From NCBI GenBank assembly GCA_029558515.1, contig JAKQEM010000024.1, forward strand, positions 57,164 to 121,163: a stretch of 64,000 nt of DNA. The letters run 5' to 3'. The position numbers were made by a program, and so were the translations under genes. This document shows, one piece after another, positions 16,680 through 25,199 of the stretch. This DNA comes from a bacterium (GTDB taxonomy: Bacteria > Patescibacteriota > Gracilibacteria > Peribacterales > Peribacteraceae). The notes under the pieces are model-generated. The model did not search any database, was not told the origin of the DNA, and saw nothing but the letters and a program-made list of their open reading frames with translations. The stretch's first letter is position 1. The number at the start of each line of letters is the position of its first letter.

Positions 16680-18215
16680 CTACCGGGTAAGCGGCGCAAA
16701 GAGGATCTCTGCCTCCCCCACCGATTGCCACTCCGGGCATCCGCCCCACTGCTTCAAATTTTCCGTGATGACAAAGTCCTTGGAAAGCATGTGCTGCGCA
16801 TAGGGAACATTGAGCTGCTTAGAAATACGATAGGCGGTATCCGGGATGAAGGGCAGGAGCATGAGGGAAATGTGGCGCAGATTCTCCGCCAGCGCGGAGA
16901 GGATTACGTGTTTGTCTTCCTCCGATGCGACCTTCCACGGCGCCCGGTCATTCATGAACTTGTTGCTCTCCTCAATCCAATCAAAAATCACATGAATCGC
17001 CTTCCATTGATCGAAACTGTCGAGTGCATCGGCGAACTGAGTCCAGACGGTGTCACCCGCAATCCATGTCGGATCAGACGATACGACAATCCTGCGGTCC
17101 ATCTTGCCGAGCATGACCAGAACACGATTGAGCAGATTGCCGAGCTTATTGCGTAATTGCGCATCGTACAATTCTTCCAACCGCTTCCAGCTGAAGTCGC
17201 CGTCGTTCCCCACCGGAATCTCATGACTGAGGAAGAAACGCAGCGGATCGGGATTGCCCGCAAACCGTTTGAGGACATCTTCGGGATCCACCACGTTACC
17301 GATGGTCTTGCTCATTTTCTGCCCTTCATTCGTGACAAACCCGTGCATCAGTAAACGGTCAGGCGTGCGCACTCCCGCCTGCTTGAGCATGGCCGGCCAG
17401 ATGAGCGCATGAAACCGTGCGATATCTTTGCCGATGACATGCGTCACTTCGGCATCATCCCAGAAAGAAAGATCTGCGTGATCGGTCAGCAGTCCCAATC
17501 CCGAAATGTAATTGGTGAGCGCATCGCACCAGACGTACATCACCTGATTAGGATCATCGGGCACGGGAATACCCCAGGAAAGACTGGTTTTGGGTCGTGA
17601 AAAAGACACGTCTTCCAGGCCCTGCTCGATGAGCGTCATCACTTCCTGCGCGCGTGCAGGAGGAACGATGCGGAAGCCGCCCGCATCTTTGGTCAAAAGA
17701 TTCTTGAGCCAGTCACCTTCACGTTTGAGCAGGAAAAACCAATTCTCCTCAGTCACCTCTTTGGGAGCAGCATTATGGATCTGACACTTGCCATCAATCA
17801 AATCGCGTTTCGTCATGAACCGCTCGCACCCCAAACAGTAGTATCCGGTATACGTCCGTTTTTCCAGCGCTCCGGCGGCCCGCAGTCTGTTCCACAGTGC
17901 AATGACGGTCGGCCAATGCATGACCGTATCCGTCGTGCGAATGAACCGATCGAAAGAAATGTTCAATCGCTCGTATAAATTGTGATAGATCGGCGCCATT
18001 TTCTCGACCAATGCCGCAGGGGAGATCTGTTGCCTCTCGGCCGTTTCCTGAATTTTGATGCCATGCTCGTCCATGCCGATCTGAAACAGGACGGAATCGC
18101 CGCGCAATCGAAACCATCTGACAATCGTATCTGCCATGATTTTTTCCATGACATGCCCCATGTGCGGAACCGCATTCGCATAATCAATCGCCGTGGTGAC
18201 GTACTGACGTGACAT
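16680..18215 (-). CDS. metG: Methionine--tRNA ligase
   Basis: YVTTAIDYANAVPHMGHVME (the HIGH region), KMSKTIGNVV and a CxxC knuckle. The ORF opens at 18254 and the ATG at 18215 was chosen. Confidence 0.9.
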   Translation of the reverse strand: MSRQYVTTAIDYANAVPHMGHVMEKIMADTIVRWFRLRGDSVLFQIGMDEHGIKIQETAERQQISPAALVEKMAPIYHNLYERLNISFDRFIRTTDTVMHWPTVIALWNRLRAAGALEKRTYTGYYCLGCERFMTKRDLIDGKCQIHNAAPKEVTEENWFFLLKREGDWLKNLLTKDAGGFRIVPPARAQEVMTLIEQGLEDVSFSRPKTSLSWGIPVPDDPNQVMYVWCDALTNYISGLGLLTDHADLSFWDDAEVTHVIGKDIARFHALIWPAMLKQAGVRTPDRLLMHGFVTNEGQKMSKTIGNVVDPEDVLKRFAGNPDPLRFFLSHEIPVGNDGDFSWKRLEELYDAQLRNKLGNLLNRVLVMLGKMDRRIVVSSDPTWIAGDTVWTQFADALDSFDQWKAIHVIFDWIEESNKFMNDRAPWKVASEEDKHVILSALAENLRHISLMLLPFIPDTAYRISKQLNVPYAQHMLSKDFVITENLKQWGGCPEWQSVGEAEILFAPLTR

Positions 18216-18298
18216 GACCACAGTGTATCCCAAATGATTCCCATCTCCCATCACGTATTCCCCCTGTCCTTTGCCCGAACTCTCCCATCCCTCTCCGC

Positions 18299-18682
18299 TC
18301 AGCTCAGCAGGCTGTGCAGAATGCCCACCACGAATGCAACGGCGACGAAGGCAATGAGCGCAAGAACCACCCCGAAGAGAGTGTACTGCACGATTTTCTT
18401 GGCTTCATCCCTCCCCTCTTCCCCACCGAGAATCAAACGAATGCCCGCGTACATGACGAGCCCGACCGCCAATGCCCCGATGATGGAAAAGGCAAATGTG
18501 ATGATGCGCGATGTGAAGAACGCCACCGCCTCCGACGGACTCTTACCGGAGAGAGAGAATTGACCGGTAATCATCTGCCACATCGCACTGACCCCCGCAC
18601 CCCGCGTTCCGACAGTATCGAGCGTATTGGCATGCGCGACGGAAGAGGACAGGAAAAGCCGGACGAGCGAAGCAATGAACAT
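18299..18682 (-). CDS. Small two-TM secreted protein, T4SS-pilin-like (third of a tandem trio)
   Basis: Signal-like N-terminus followed by two hydrophobic helices separated by GGEEGRDEAKK, the TrbC/VirB2-like architecture common in CPR. ATG at 18682. Confidence 0.6.
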   Translation of the reverse strand: MFIASLVRLFLSSSVAHANTLDTVGTRGAGVSAMWQMITGQFSLSGKSPSEAVAFFTSRIITFAFSIIGALAVGLVMYAGIRLILGGEEGRDEAKKIVQYTLFGVVLALIAFVAVAFVVGILHSLLS

Positions 18683-18690
18683 GGAAGAAA

Positions 18691-19296
18691 TCAGGGAAAG
18701 AGAACGGCAAGCGCGCGAAGAAGCGCGGGACCGAGGTTGATGGCAAGAGCGCCGAAGATGGCGCCGATGATCATCGTTTTGCCTTTGGTGAATTCCTCCT
18801 GCTTGCCCTGGGCGTACACCATGCGAATGCCGGCGATCACCGTCACGATGACGAAGGTGATATTGAGAATGACGCGCGCCGAAGTGATGAACGCAGCGAA
18901 GAGATTCCCGACGAGAGTCAGCGGATCGCCGGTCGCCTGTCCGAAATCGGTCGTCCCCACGACGCTCACGATGACCTGCGCCGAAATGACGAGCACGAGC
19001 CCCAGGAGCGCGTAGAGCACATTCCAACGCCCTTTGCTGATCTTGCTCTCATCACCCATGGAGAGCAGCATGGTGAACCCCGACCAGATGATGACTGCCA
19101 GGGCGATGGCCGTGGCGATGTTCAGCATCCACACGAGCACGATCGGCGCATTCTTGGCCACAATGTTCGCGGTGCCGCTCCCGCAACCGATGAGCGGATT
19201 ACATACGATCGTAGGAGGGGGCGGAATCGGCTGCGCCCACGCCGTCTCCGGCGCAAGGAATCGTACGAAGCCGTTGAAAACCGATGCGATCGTCAC
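18691..19296 (-). CDS. T4SS-pilin-like membrane protein (second of the trio; longer, four hydrophobic segments)
   Basis: GTG start at 19296 overlaps the upstream TGA (GTGA). Signal-like VTIASVFNGFVRFLAPETAWA. SMGDESKISKGR lies between helices. Confidence 0.55.
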   Translation of the reverse strand: MTIASVFNGFVRFLAPETAWAQPIPPPPTIVCNPLIGCGSGTANIVAKNAPIVLVWMLNIATAIALAVIIWSGFTMLLSMGDESKISKGRWNVLYALLGLVLVISAQVIVSVVGTTDFGQATGDPLTLVGNLFAAFITSARVILNITFVIVTVIAGIRMVYAQGKQEEFTKGKTMIIGAIFGALAINLGPALLRALAVLFP

Positions 19297-19733
19297 GGAG
19301 CGTCGATGTAGAAAATCGGATTGAGCGTACTCAGGATGATATCGGCAAGGCCGATGATGAGGAGCCCGGCGAGCGCCCACAGGAGCCGTTCCTGCCCCGC
19401 GCTCCGCATGGTCGTGTTATCACCCGAGAGCATGATCTGGATGCCGCCGATGAGCGCCCACAGCACCGCGATGCCCGCCGCGCTCCCCAGCACCCACGGC
19501 CAAGTCGCATTGAAGTACTGAAAGAGCATGTTCATGCCGGCTGACGGCGGAAACTGCGTCACGTTCGGATCGACGGGCTCCAGCAGAATGAGGTTGGTGG
19601 GCGGCACGAATCCGGCGGATTGCGCGGACACTTGCAGCGACAGAGAACAGGTTCCGAATGCAATGACAAGTGAGAGAACACCGATGGAGAGCAATCGGGT
19701 CACCATCCGTTGGTGGTGCGGGTGTATGTGCAT
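19293..19733 (-). CDS. T4SS-pilin-like membrane protein (first of the trio)
   Basis: Signal peptide ...LQVSAQS followed by two helices flanking LSGDNTTMRSAGQER. Confidence 0.6.
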   Translation of the reverse strand: MHIHPHHQRMVTRLLSIGVLSLVIAFGTCSLSLQVSAQSAGFVPPTNLILLEPVDPNVTQFPPSAGMNMLFQYFNATWPWVLGSAAGIAVLWALIGGIQIMLSGDNTTMRSAGQERLLWALAGLLIIGLADIILSTLNPIFYIDAP

Positions 19734-19840
19734 TCCGACTATTGTACCACAGATTGCGATAAAACGGTAGATTCAGATGAGGGTATTATTTGGGAGATAT
19801 TGCATGCGGAAGCGATTCTCCGTAGGATACCTCCGCTCCT

Positions 19841-19917
19841 GCGGATGTAGCTCAATTGGCTAGAGCGACGCCTTGCCATGGCGTAGGTTGCGGGTTCGAG
19901 TCCCGTCATCCGCTCCA
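19841..19917 (+). tRNA. tRNA-Gly (GCC)
   Basis: Acceptor GCGGATG/CATCCGC, anticodon stem ACGCC/GGCGT with loop TTGCCAT, T-loop TTCGAGT, encoded CCA. Confidence 0.92.
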
Positions 19918-20050
19918 CAGGCGCATTGCAGACGAACGAGGAGTCTGCCGCAGCTGACGACGAGGCGAGTCGCAAGATCCTGTATCCCACATCAGTCTAA
20001 GCACAGTGGAGGCTTGATGCGGGGCAACCTGTACCGGCTCTTTCCACTTT

Positions 20051-20124
20051 GCGGGATTAGTACAGTGGTAGTACGCGAGCTTCCCAAGCTTGAGACGCGG
20101 GTTCGATTCCCGTATCCCGCTCCA
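20051..20124 (+). tRNA. tRNA-Gly (CCC)
   Basis: Acceptor GCGGGAT/ATCCCGC, anticodon loop TTCCCAA, T-loop TTCGATT, encoded CCA. Confidence 0.9.
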
Positions 20125-20192
20125 TGCACTTAGCCAAGTCTGCATTGCATGCACAATGGTCTGTTCCTCATAAGCTCCAGTATCCCGATCGA

Positions 20193-20220
20193 TTGACAGA
20201 TTGATTAAAAAGAATAAAAT
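20193..20220 (+). promoter_or_regulatory. Promoter-like site that would give a leaderless transcript
   Basis: TTGACA (20193-20198), a 16-nt spacer, TAAAAT (20215-20220), with the ATG at 20227, 7 nt downstream. Confidence 0.4.
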
Positions 20221-20226
20221 ACTCAT

Positions 20227-20544
20227 ATGCGTATCGATGATATTGAAGAGGGAACAGTTGATGATGCACAGGATCAAGCAAGTGGATCCCCTTCATTCCC
20301 CGGCAGTGGCACTCTCGAAAATCCATTTCTTCCGGCAGCATTCGATGACAATTTTCGCTACATTGCAGATCTGGCGCAGCAGAGGGGAGAACCTCAGTAT
20401 TGTGAGTTCGAAATATCACGGTTTCGGATCTCGCCCGATGGAAAAGTGGAGTGGGGGCACAACATGCCTCCCCTGCGCGACAACATTGCATCAATCATTG
20501 AAACGGCGCTGCAACAGTGGCGAGAACAATTGCAGCAATCGTAA
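20227..20544 (+). CDS. Hypothetical protein (AT-richer segment after the tRNA-Gly pair)
   Basis: 105-aa ORF, acidic N-terminus, no recognised family. Confidence 0.4.
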   Translation: MRIDDIEEGTVDDAQDQASGSPSFPGSGTLENPFLPAAFDDNFRYIADLAQQRGEPQYCEFEISRFRISPDGKVEWGHNMPPLRDNIASIIETALQQWREQLQQS

Positions 20545-20571
20545 GAGATAGCCGTGTCGAAAAGATGACAA

Positions 20572-21894
20572 TTACATCGCCGCGCAGTTCTCCGGACGCC
20601 GGAAACTCGGCATGGCCGCGTACGTCGGCGCGTAGTTGTTCCCCGCGCTCCACACTTGGAAACCGCAGACGCCCGCATCGGTGAGCGCCTGCATCTGATC
20701 TTTCATGTTCTGCGTGGTGACGCCGTACCCCTGGATCCACGGACGAATCTTCTTGCTGTGCTCGGGACCCAGCAATTCCTGATAGCCCGTCATCGTGCGA
20801 TACACCAGCCAGTACATGCGGCTGCCGGGATTGCGGCCGGGCACGTAGTACTCGGGACTCGTGAAGGTGGCCGGATACGCCATGGGGGAAATGATGTCGA
20901 CCATCGGCGCGAACGCCACGATGTCCTGTCCGAGCGTCTCCAGATTCACGGGGTAATTCCATCCGAGAATGGCGTATGAGCTCATACCAAAGAGCGTCTT
21001 CGGGCCGCACTCGTCGATGGTCGCGCGCGTCATCTCCACGAATTTTCGCACCTTCTCCGCTTTCTCCTGCCCGGTCCAGACCTTGAGCGCGCCGAAGTTC
21101 GCCGTGGAGAAGCGAATGTAATCGAGGTTGATTTCATCGATGCCCATCTTGGCCAGCGAACAGATCACCTCGCGGTTGTACTGCAGCGCCAGTTCATTGG
21201 ACGGATCGATCCAACCGTAACTGAGGACCGCATTGGACACGGGATGCCGCACGAGCGTTTCGGGAGCACGGGACGTGATGCCGTCATCCTTCACCGCGAT
21301 GAGACGACCCATGACGTACAACCCCTCCGCATGCGCTTTCTCGATGATCGCAGGCAGATCGTACATCGGCTGCACCAACTCATACTGATTGGCGAGCGAG
21401 GCGTCGGTGGAGAAGTACACGCGCGATCCTTTCACATCGATGATGATGGCATTGCCTCCGGCCGCCTTCACATCACGCATGGTATCATCCAGAAACTGCG
21501 CTCTCCCCGCGCTGCCGGATGTCAGGAAAACACCCGTCACATTCCGCATGATCTCCTGATGCGACGGTCCGGTGAAGACGGGAACAGGCGGCGTCTCGGG
21601 GGCAGGGGGCAATCCGGCCGCTTTTCTGCGCTGCATCATGCGTTCCAGAATGCGAGAAACTACTCCGGCTCTTTTGATGGAACCGGTCGCAGAAGCAGTC
21701 GAAGGCAGCGGGCCCTGCATAATGCCGGAGTTTTTGAGTTGTTGCTGCGCACGGGGAGAGATGACCGCCGCCTGCCCGAACTCGGCGAATGTTTCCATGC
21801 GGTACGCCAGCATCTCCACCGGCTCGGCATCCGCAATTTGGATGGCGGCAAAAGGAGCAAGGAGCAATGCGGGCACGGCAAGAGAGGCAAACAT
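20572..21894 (-). CDS. Secreted putative glycoside hydrolase-like TIM-barrel protein (DUF4015-like)
   Basis: The signal peptide is MFASLAVPALLLAPFAAIQIADA. GVFLTSGSAG..NAIIIDVKG..., LYVMGRLIAVKDD, WIDPSN and IDEINLDYIRF match the DUF4015 pattern. Confidence 0.65.
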   Translation of the reverse strand: MFASLAVPALLLAPFAAIQIADAEPVEMLAYRMETFAEFGQAAVISPRAQQQLKNSGIMQGPLPSTASATGSIKRAGVVSRILERMMQRRKAAGLPPAPETPPVPVFTGPSHQEIMRNVTGVFLTSGSAGRAQFLDDTMRDVKAAGGNAIIIDVKGSRVYFSTDASLANQYELVQPMYDLPAIIEKAHAEGLYVMGRLIAVKDDGITSRAPETLVRHPVSNAVLSYGWIDPSNELALQYNREVICSLAKMGIDEINLDYIRFSTANFGALKVWTGQEKAEKVRKFVEMTRATIDECGPKTLFGMSSYAILGWNYPVNLETLGQDIVAFAPMVDIISPMAYPATFTSPEYYVPGRNPGSRMYWLVYRTMTGYQELLGPEHSKKIRPWIQGYGVTTQNMKDQMQALTDAGVCGFQVWSAGNNYAPTYAAMPSFRRPENCAAM

Positions 21895-22075
21895 GGGACG
21901 GACGGAAAGAGAAAAAAAATCCTGCGAATGCGGGACGGAAGAATCGATCGGAGAAGCATCTTGGTGTCGACGCATACGGGCGCAGTGTAGGGAGTGTGGG
22001 AAGTGACCGCAACGCGCTCGACAATGACCGACGACTTTGCGCAAACACAAAATGCATGACACTATACGCCGCACA

Positions 22076-22150
22076 GCCCCCGTAGGTTAACGGATAGACC
22101 GCTGGCCTCCGAAGCCGGAAACGCAGGTTCGATTCCTGCCGGGGGCACCA
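22076..22150 (+). tRNA. tRNA-Arg (CCG)
   Basis: Acceptor GCCCCCG/CGGGGGC, anticodon loop CTCCGAA, T-loop TTCGATT, encoded CCA. Confidence 0.9.
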
Positions 22151-22915
22151 TCATCGCATCAACCCGAAGAACTCCACCGCATTCCGGGTCGTCACCTCCT
22201 CGACTTCCTCCACACTGACCCCTTTGAGCTTGGCGACGAGACGCAGCACCTCCGCGACGAATGCGGGTTCATTGCGCTTGCCGCGATGCACAGCGGGGGC
22301 CAGATACGGACTGTCCGTCTCGATCATGATCTGCGTGAGAGGCGTTTGCTCAATTGTGCGACGAATAACCTTCGCATCCGGATAGGTGGCAATGCCGGTG
22401 AAGGAAAGAGAATGACCCAGCTCGATCAACCACGCAATGTCCTCCCACTTTTCCGTGCAACAGTGCAGCACCATCTGCAGAGGTTCCACCTCGCGCACGA
22501 TCGTCTCGATATCCTTGATGGCCTCTCTGCAATGCACCACCGCCGGCAATCCGATCTCACGACTCAACGTGAGTTCTTCCAGAAAGACACCGCGCTGCAC
22601 GCTCTTCGGGGAGTGGTTGTAGTGATAATCAAGCCCGATCTCCCCGATGGCACGCACTTTCTTCGACTGCATGACCATTTCCTTCAGACGTTCCGCATCC
22701 CCCGGTTTCCAATCTTTGGCATTGTGCGGATGCACCCCGACGGTACAAAACACGTCCGCAAACGTATCCGCAATCGCAATGCACGCTTCGGCTTCGTCCA
22801 TGGAATCAGCAATCGTGATCATCCGCTCGACTCCCGCTTCCTTCGCTCGCGCGATGACTGCGGGAAGATCTTTCTCAAACTTTATATCCGCCAGGTGACA
22901 GTGGGTGTCGATCAT
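22151..22915 (-). CDS. tatD: TatD-family metal-dependent hydrolase
   Basis: MIDTHCHL start motif, GEIGLDYHY, and HCREA...HC. The stop codon abuts the tRNA-Arg CCA end. Confidence 0.9.
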   Translation of the reverse strand: MIDTHCHLADIKFEKDLPAVIARAKEAGVERMITIADSMDEAEACIAIADTFADVFCTVGVHPHNAKDWKPGDAERLKEMVMQSKKVRAIGEIGLDYHYNHSPKSVQRGVFLEELTLSREIGLPAVVHCREAIKDIETIVREVEPLQMVLHCCTEKWEDIAWLIELGHSLSFTGIATYPDAKVIRRTIEQTPLTQIMIETDSPYLAPAVHRGKRNEPAFVAEVLRLVAKLKGVSVEEVEEVTTRNAVEFFGLMR

Positions 22916-22968
22916 GTGAGGAGGATAGCATGTGAACATGATCCCGTCGTATTTCCTCCATCCCCCTT

Positions 22969-23041
22969 CCCCTTCCTCCAATGGAGGAAGGGGTGTCTGC
23001 GTCCGGTACCCGCTCTCCCCCTCCTCCCCCGGAGGAGGGGG
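22969..23041. repeat. Two GC-rich perfect palindromic hairpins after msrA
   Basis: CCCCTTCCTCCA-A-TGGAGGAAGGGG spans 22969-22993. CCCCCTCCTCC-CCC-GGAGGAGGGGG spans 23017-23041. Neither is followed by a U-tract. Confidence 0.8.
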
Positions 23042-23056
23042 CCGGGGGTGGAGGAA

Positions 23057-23593
23057 TCAATGCTCTGAATGGAGCAATTCCGGCAACTTCTCCCTGAGCT
23101 TTTTCACCTTCGGATCAATCACAATCTGACAGTACGCCGGCTGCGGATTCTTCCGATAATACTCCCGATGCTCCTCTTCGGCTTCTGTGAACGAGGCATA
23201 GGGCTGCACCTCCGTCACGATGGGATTGCGGAACTGTGTCCGGATCTCCTCGATGAAATCAACCGCCTCCTTCTCCTGCCGCGCATTCGTCGCGAGGATG
23301 ATCGATCGATACTGCGTCCCCGTGTCCGCACCTTGGACATTGAGCGTGGTCGGATCATGCGTGGCAAAGAACACCGTGAGAAGATCCTTGTAGGAAACGG
23401 TATCCGCATCAAACCGCACCCGCACCACCTCTGCGTGCCCCGTGGTCCCCGTGCTGACGGTGAAGTACGTGGGACGATCCGTCACCCCGCCCGCATACCC
23501 CGGCGTCACCTCCAAAACGCCACGCACCATCCGGAAGATCGCCTCCGTGCACCAGAAGCACCCGCCGCCGACGTAAGCAACCTGTTCGTTCAT
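23057..23593 (-). CDS. msrA: Peptide-methionine (S)-S-oxide reductase
   Basis: GGGCFWCTEAIF, GYAGG, HAEVVRV and TQYRS motifs. ATG at 23593 overlaps the msrB stop (ATGA). Confidence 0.9.
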   Translation of the reverse strand: MNEQVAYVGGGCFWCTEAIFRMVRGVLEVTPGYAGGVTDRPTYFTVSTGTTGHAEVVRVRFDADTVSYKDLLTVFFATHDPTTLNVQGADTGTQYRSIILATNARQEKEAVDFIEEIRTQFRNPIVTEVQPYASFTEAEEEHREYYRKNPQPAYCQIVIDPKVKKLREKLPELLHSEH

Positions 23594-23970
23594 GCGGCTT
23601 GATCGCGCGGTACAAAGCGCAGGGAAAGCGAATTCACGCAGTGTCGCGTATCTTTGGCTGTCATGTTCTCTCCCGCAAAAACGTGCCCCAAGTGCCCGTC
23701 GCAACTTGCGCAGCGAATCTCCGTCCGCAGACCGTCTCTGTCCGGAATCCTCGTAACCGCACCCGGCATTTCCTCATCGAAACTGGGCCACCCGCACCCG
23801 GCATCAAACTTCGCTTTCGCGTCAAAGAGGGGCGCAGAGCACCGCCGGCACACGTACATCCCATCCGCGAAGAACGCATCGTACTCTCCGCTCCCGGGCG
23901 GCTCCGTCCCCCCATGGACGATCACGCGCTCCTCCTCCGGCGTCAGTGGATGAAAATGCGTGGAAGACAT
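23590..23970 (-). CDS. msrB: Peptide-methionine (R)-S-oxide reductase
   Basis: The zinc cysteines sit in YVCRRCSAPLF and RCASCDGHLGHVF. GWPSF and RHCVNS are also present. The ORF stays open upstream to 24117. Confidence 0.9.
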   Translation of the reverse strand: MSSTHFHPLTPEEERVIVHGGTEPPGSGEYDAFFADGMYVCRRCSAPLFDAKAKFDAGCGWPSFDEEMPGAVTRIPDRDGLRTEIRCASCDGHLGHVFAGENMTAKDTRHCVNSLSLRFVPRDQAA

Positions 23971-24117
23971 GATCGACCAGTATACCACCGACGAAATAAG
24001 CGCATGACTTTTTGGTCGATGCTCTTGCAGTCTTCTCTGCAGATTATTGGTGTGACCCACATAGTACGATCCATTGTCCAGCTCGAGAATGTATACATGA
24101 AACATGCGGCTTGCCAT
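23971..24117 (-). pseudogene. N-terminal GIY-YIG domain remnant, in-frame with msrB
   Basis: MFHVYILELDNGSYYVGHTNNLQRRLQEH covers only the first half of a GIY-YIG domain. It lies 36 nt downstream of tRNA-Lys on the same strand, and no stop separates it from the msrB ATG. Confidence 0.6.
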
Positions 24118-24153
24118 GAGGAGCCATGAACCGAACAGGTTTATGGCGACGAA

Positions 24154-24228
24154 TGGTGGGTCGGGAGGGATTCGAACCCTCGGCCAATGCCTTAAAAGGG
24201 CACTGCTCTACCGCTGAGCTACCGACCC
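24154..24228 (-). tRNA. tRNA-Lys (TTT)
   Basis: The reverse complement gives GGGTCGG..GTGCC-CTTTTAA-GGCAT..GAGGG-TTCGAAT-CCCTC-CCGACCC-A-CCA. Confidence 0.9.
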
Positions 24229-24267
24229 GTGTGCGTTCGTGTCAACAGTGTAGCAAAAGAAATCAGA

Positions 24268-24681
24268 TCAACGAATTTTTTGTATATCCTCAAAAATTAC
24301 CGTCGGACGCATGGCTTCGATTTCTGGACGAATCAGTGCGATATCGGGAATCGGATTCCAGAGGTAGATTTTCTGACCGAGCACGTGCGCGAAGCCGAGT
24401 TCCAGAAACGTGTTCCCGCCGATGTAGTTCTTGATCCCGTTGCGCTCCAGGTTCATGCAGAGCACCGCATCAGCGTCCTGCATCAGCCCCCAAAATTCCC
24501 TGATGGCATCGCGATGCATTTGATCCTCGATCTTGCGATGCTGTTTCTGCTCGTCATCTAACCCGACATACGGCTCCGCCAGCGTCGTCGCAAATGCATC
24601 GTGTCCCATCGCACGCAGCTGATCGCGTACGTCCAACATCTTTTCGGTGAAGTGCATGCTTCCGATAACACCAATTTTCAT
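24268..24681 (-). CDS. Nucleoside 2-deoxyribosyltransferase-like protein
   Basis: MKIGVIGS ... IGGNTFLELGFA resembles the NDT-like Rossmann family. The assignment is tentative. Confidence 0.45.
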   Translation of the reverse strand: MKIGVIGSMHFTEKMLDVRDQLRAMGHDAFATTLAEPYVGLDDEQKQHRKIEDQMHRDAIREFWGLMQDADAVLCMNLERNGIKNYIGGNTFLELGFAHVLGQKIYLWNPIPDIALIRPEIEAMRPTVIFEDIQKIR

Positions 24682-24732
24682 ATTGGTATTGTAGCAGATG
24701 ATGTGCACCACTCACGATTAATCGTTCACGGC

Positions 24733-25035
24733 CTACGCTGCTTGCTGCAACGAATAATCCAGAGGTTCATCAAATATTACGGGCAAAGGACTGGTTCCAC
24801 CTGCTTTCAACAAATCTTGAATTTTGCTTTGAATATGCAAATTTAATTGTGATAAATCAGCGCAATAATATGCTGGATCAATCTCAATATGCTGTCCTCT
24901 CCAAATAAATACTCCATTATCCGCTCTGTAGCCCAATGCAATTAAATTTTTATCAAGTGCACGGAAAATATCTTGAGATCCAGTTTGAGCTTGATCAGGC
25001 TGTTCACCAGCTATGCGTTCTGCAAGTATTTTCAT
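24733..25035 (-). CDS. Hypothetical protein (AT-rich)
   Basis: 100-aa ORF in an AT-rich stretch, where stop codons should be frequent. No family recognised. Confidence 0.4.
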   Translation of the reverse strand: MKILAERIAGEQPDQAQTGSQDIFRALDKNLIALGYRADNGVFIWRGQHIEIDPAYYCADLSQLNLHIQSKIQDLLKAGGTSPLPVIFDEPLDYSLQQAA

Positions 25036-25187
25036 AGAGCAAAAATGGGGAAATTCCCGCGCACTCTACCCCACTTCATTTATACGTCAATACCTCACGC
25101 ACACCAAAATTGATCGCGGAGCACACATCGGGCAACCTCGAGCATCACTCCCATGAAGTGTGATAGTCGCCCGAATGCAAGTGCGGC

Positions 25188-25193
25188 TACAAT
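25188..25193 (+). promoter_or_regulatory. -10-like box 6 nt upstream of the GT4 start codon
   Basis: TACAAT at 25188-25193 with the ATG at 25200. No convincing -35 element. Confidence 0.3.
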
Positions 25194-25199
25194 GCCCGC

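Noticed and set aside
22969-23041. The GC-rich palindromes as Rho-independent terminators
   Set aside because: The stems are perfect but no U-tract follows on either strand. They are annotated only as hairpin repeats.
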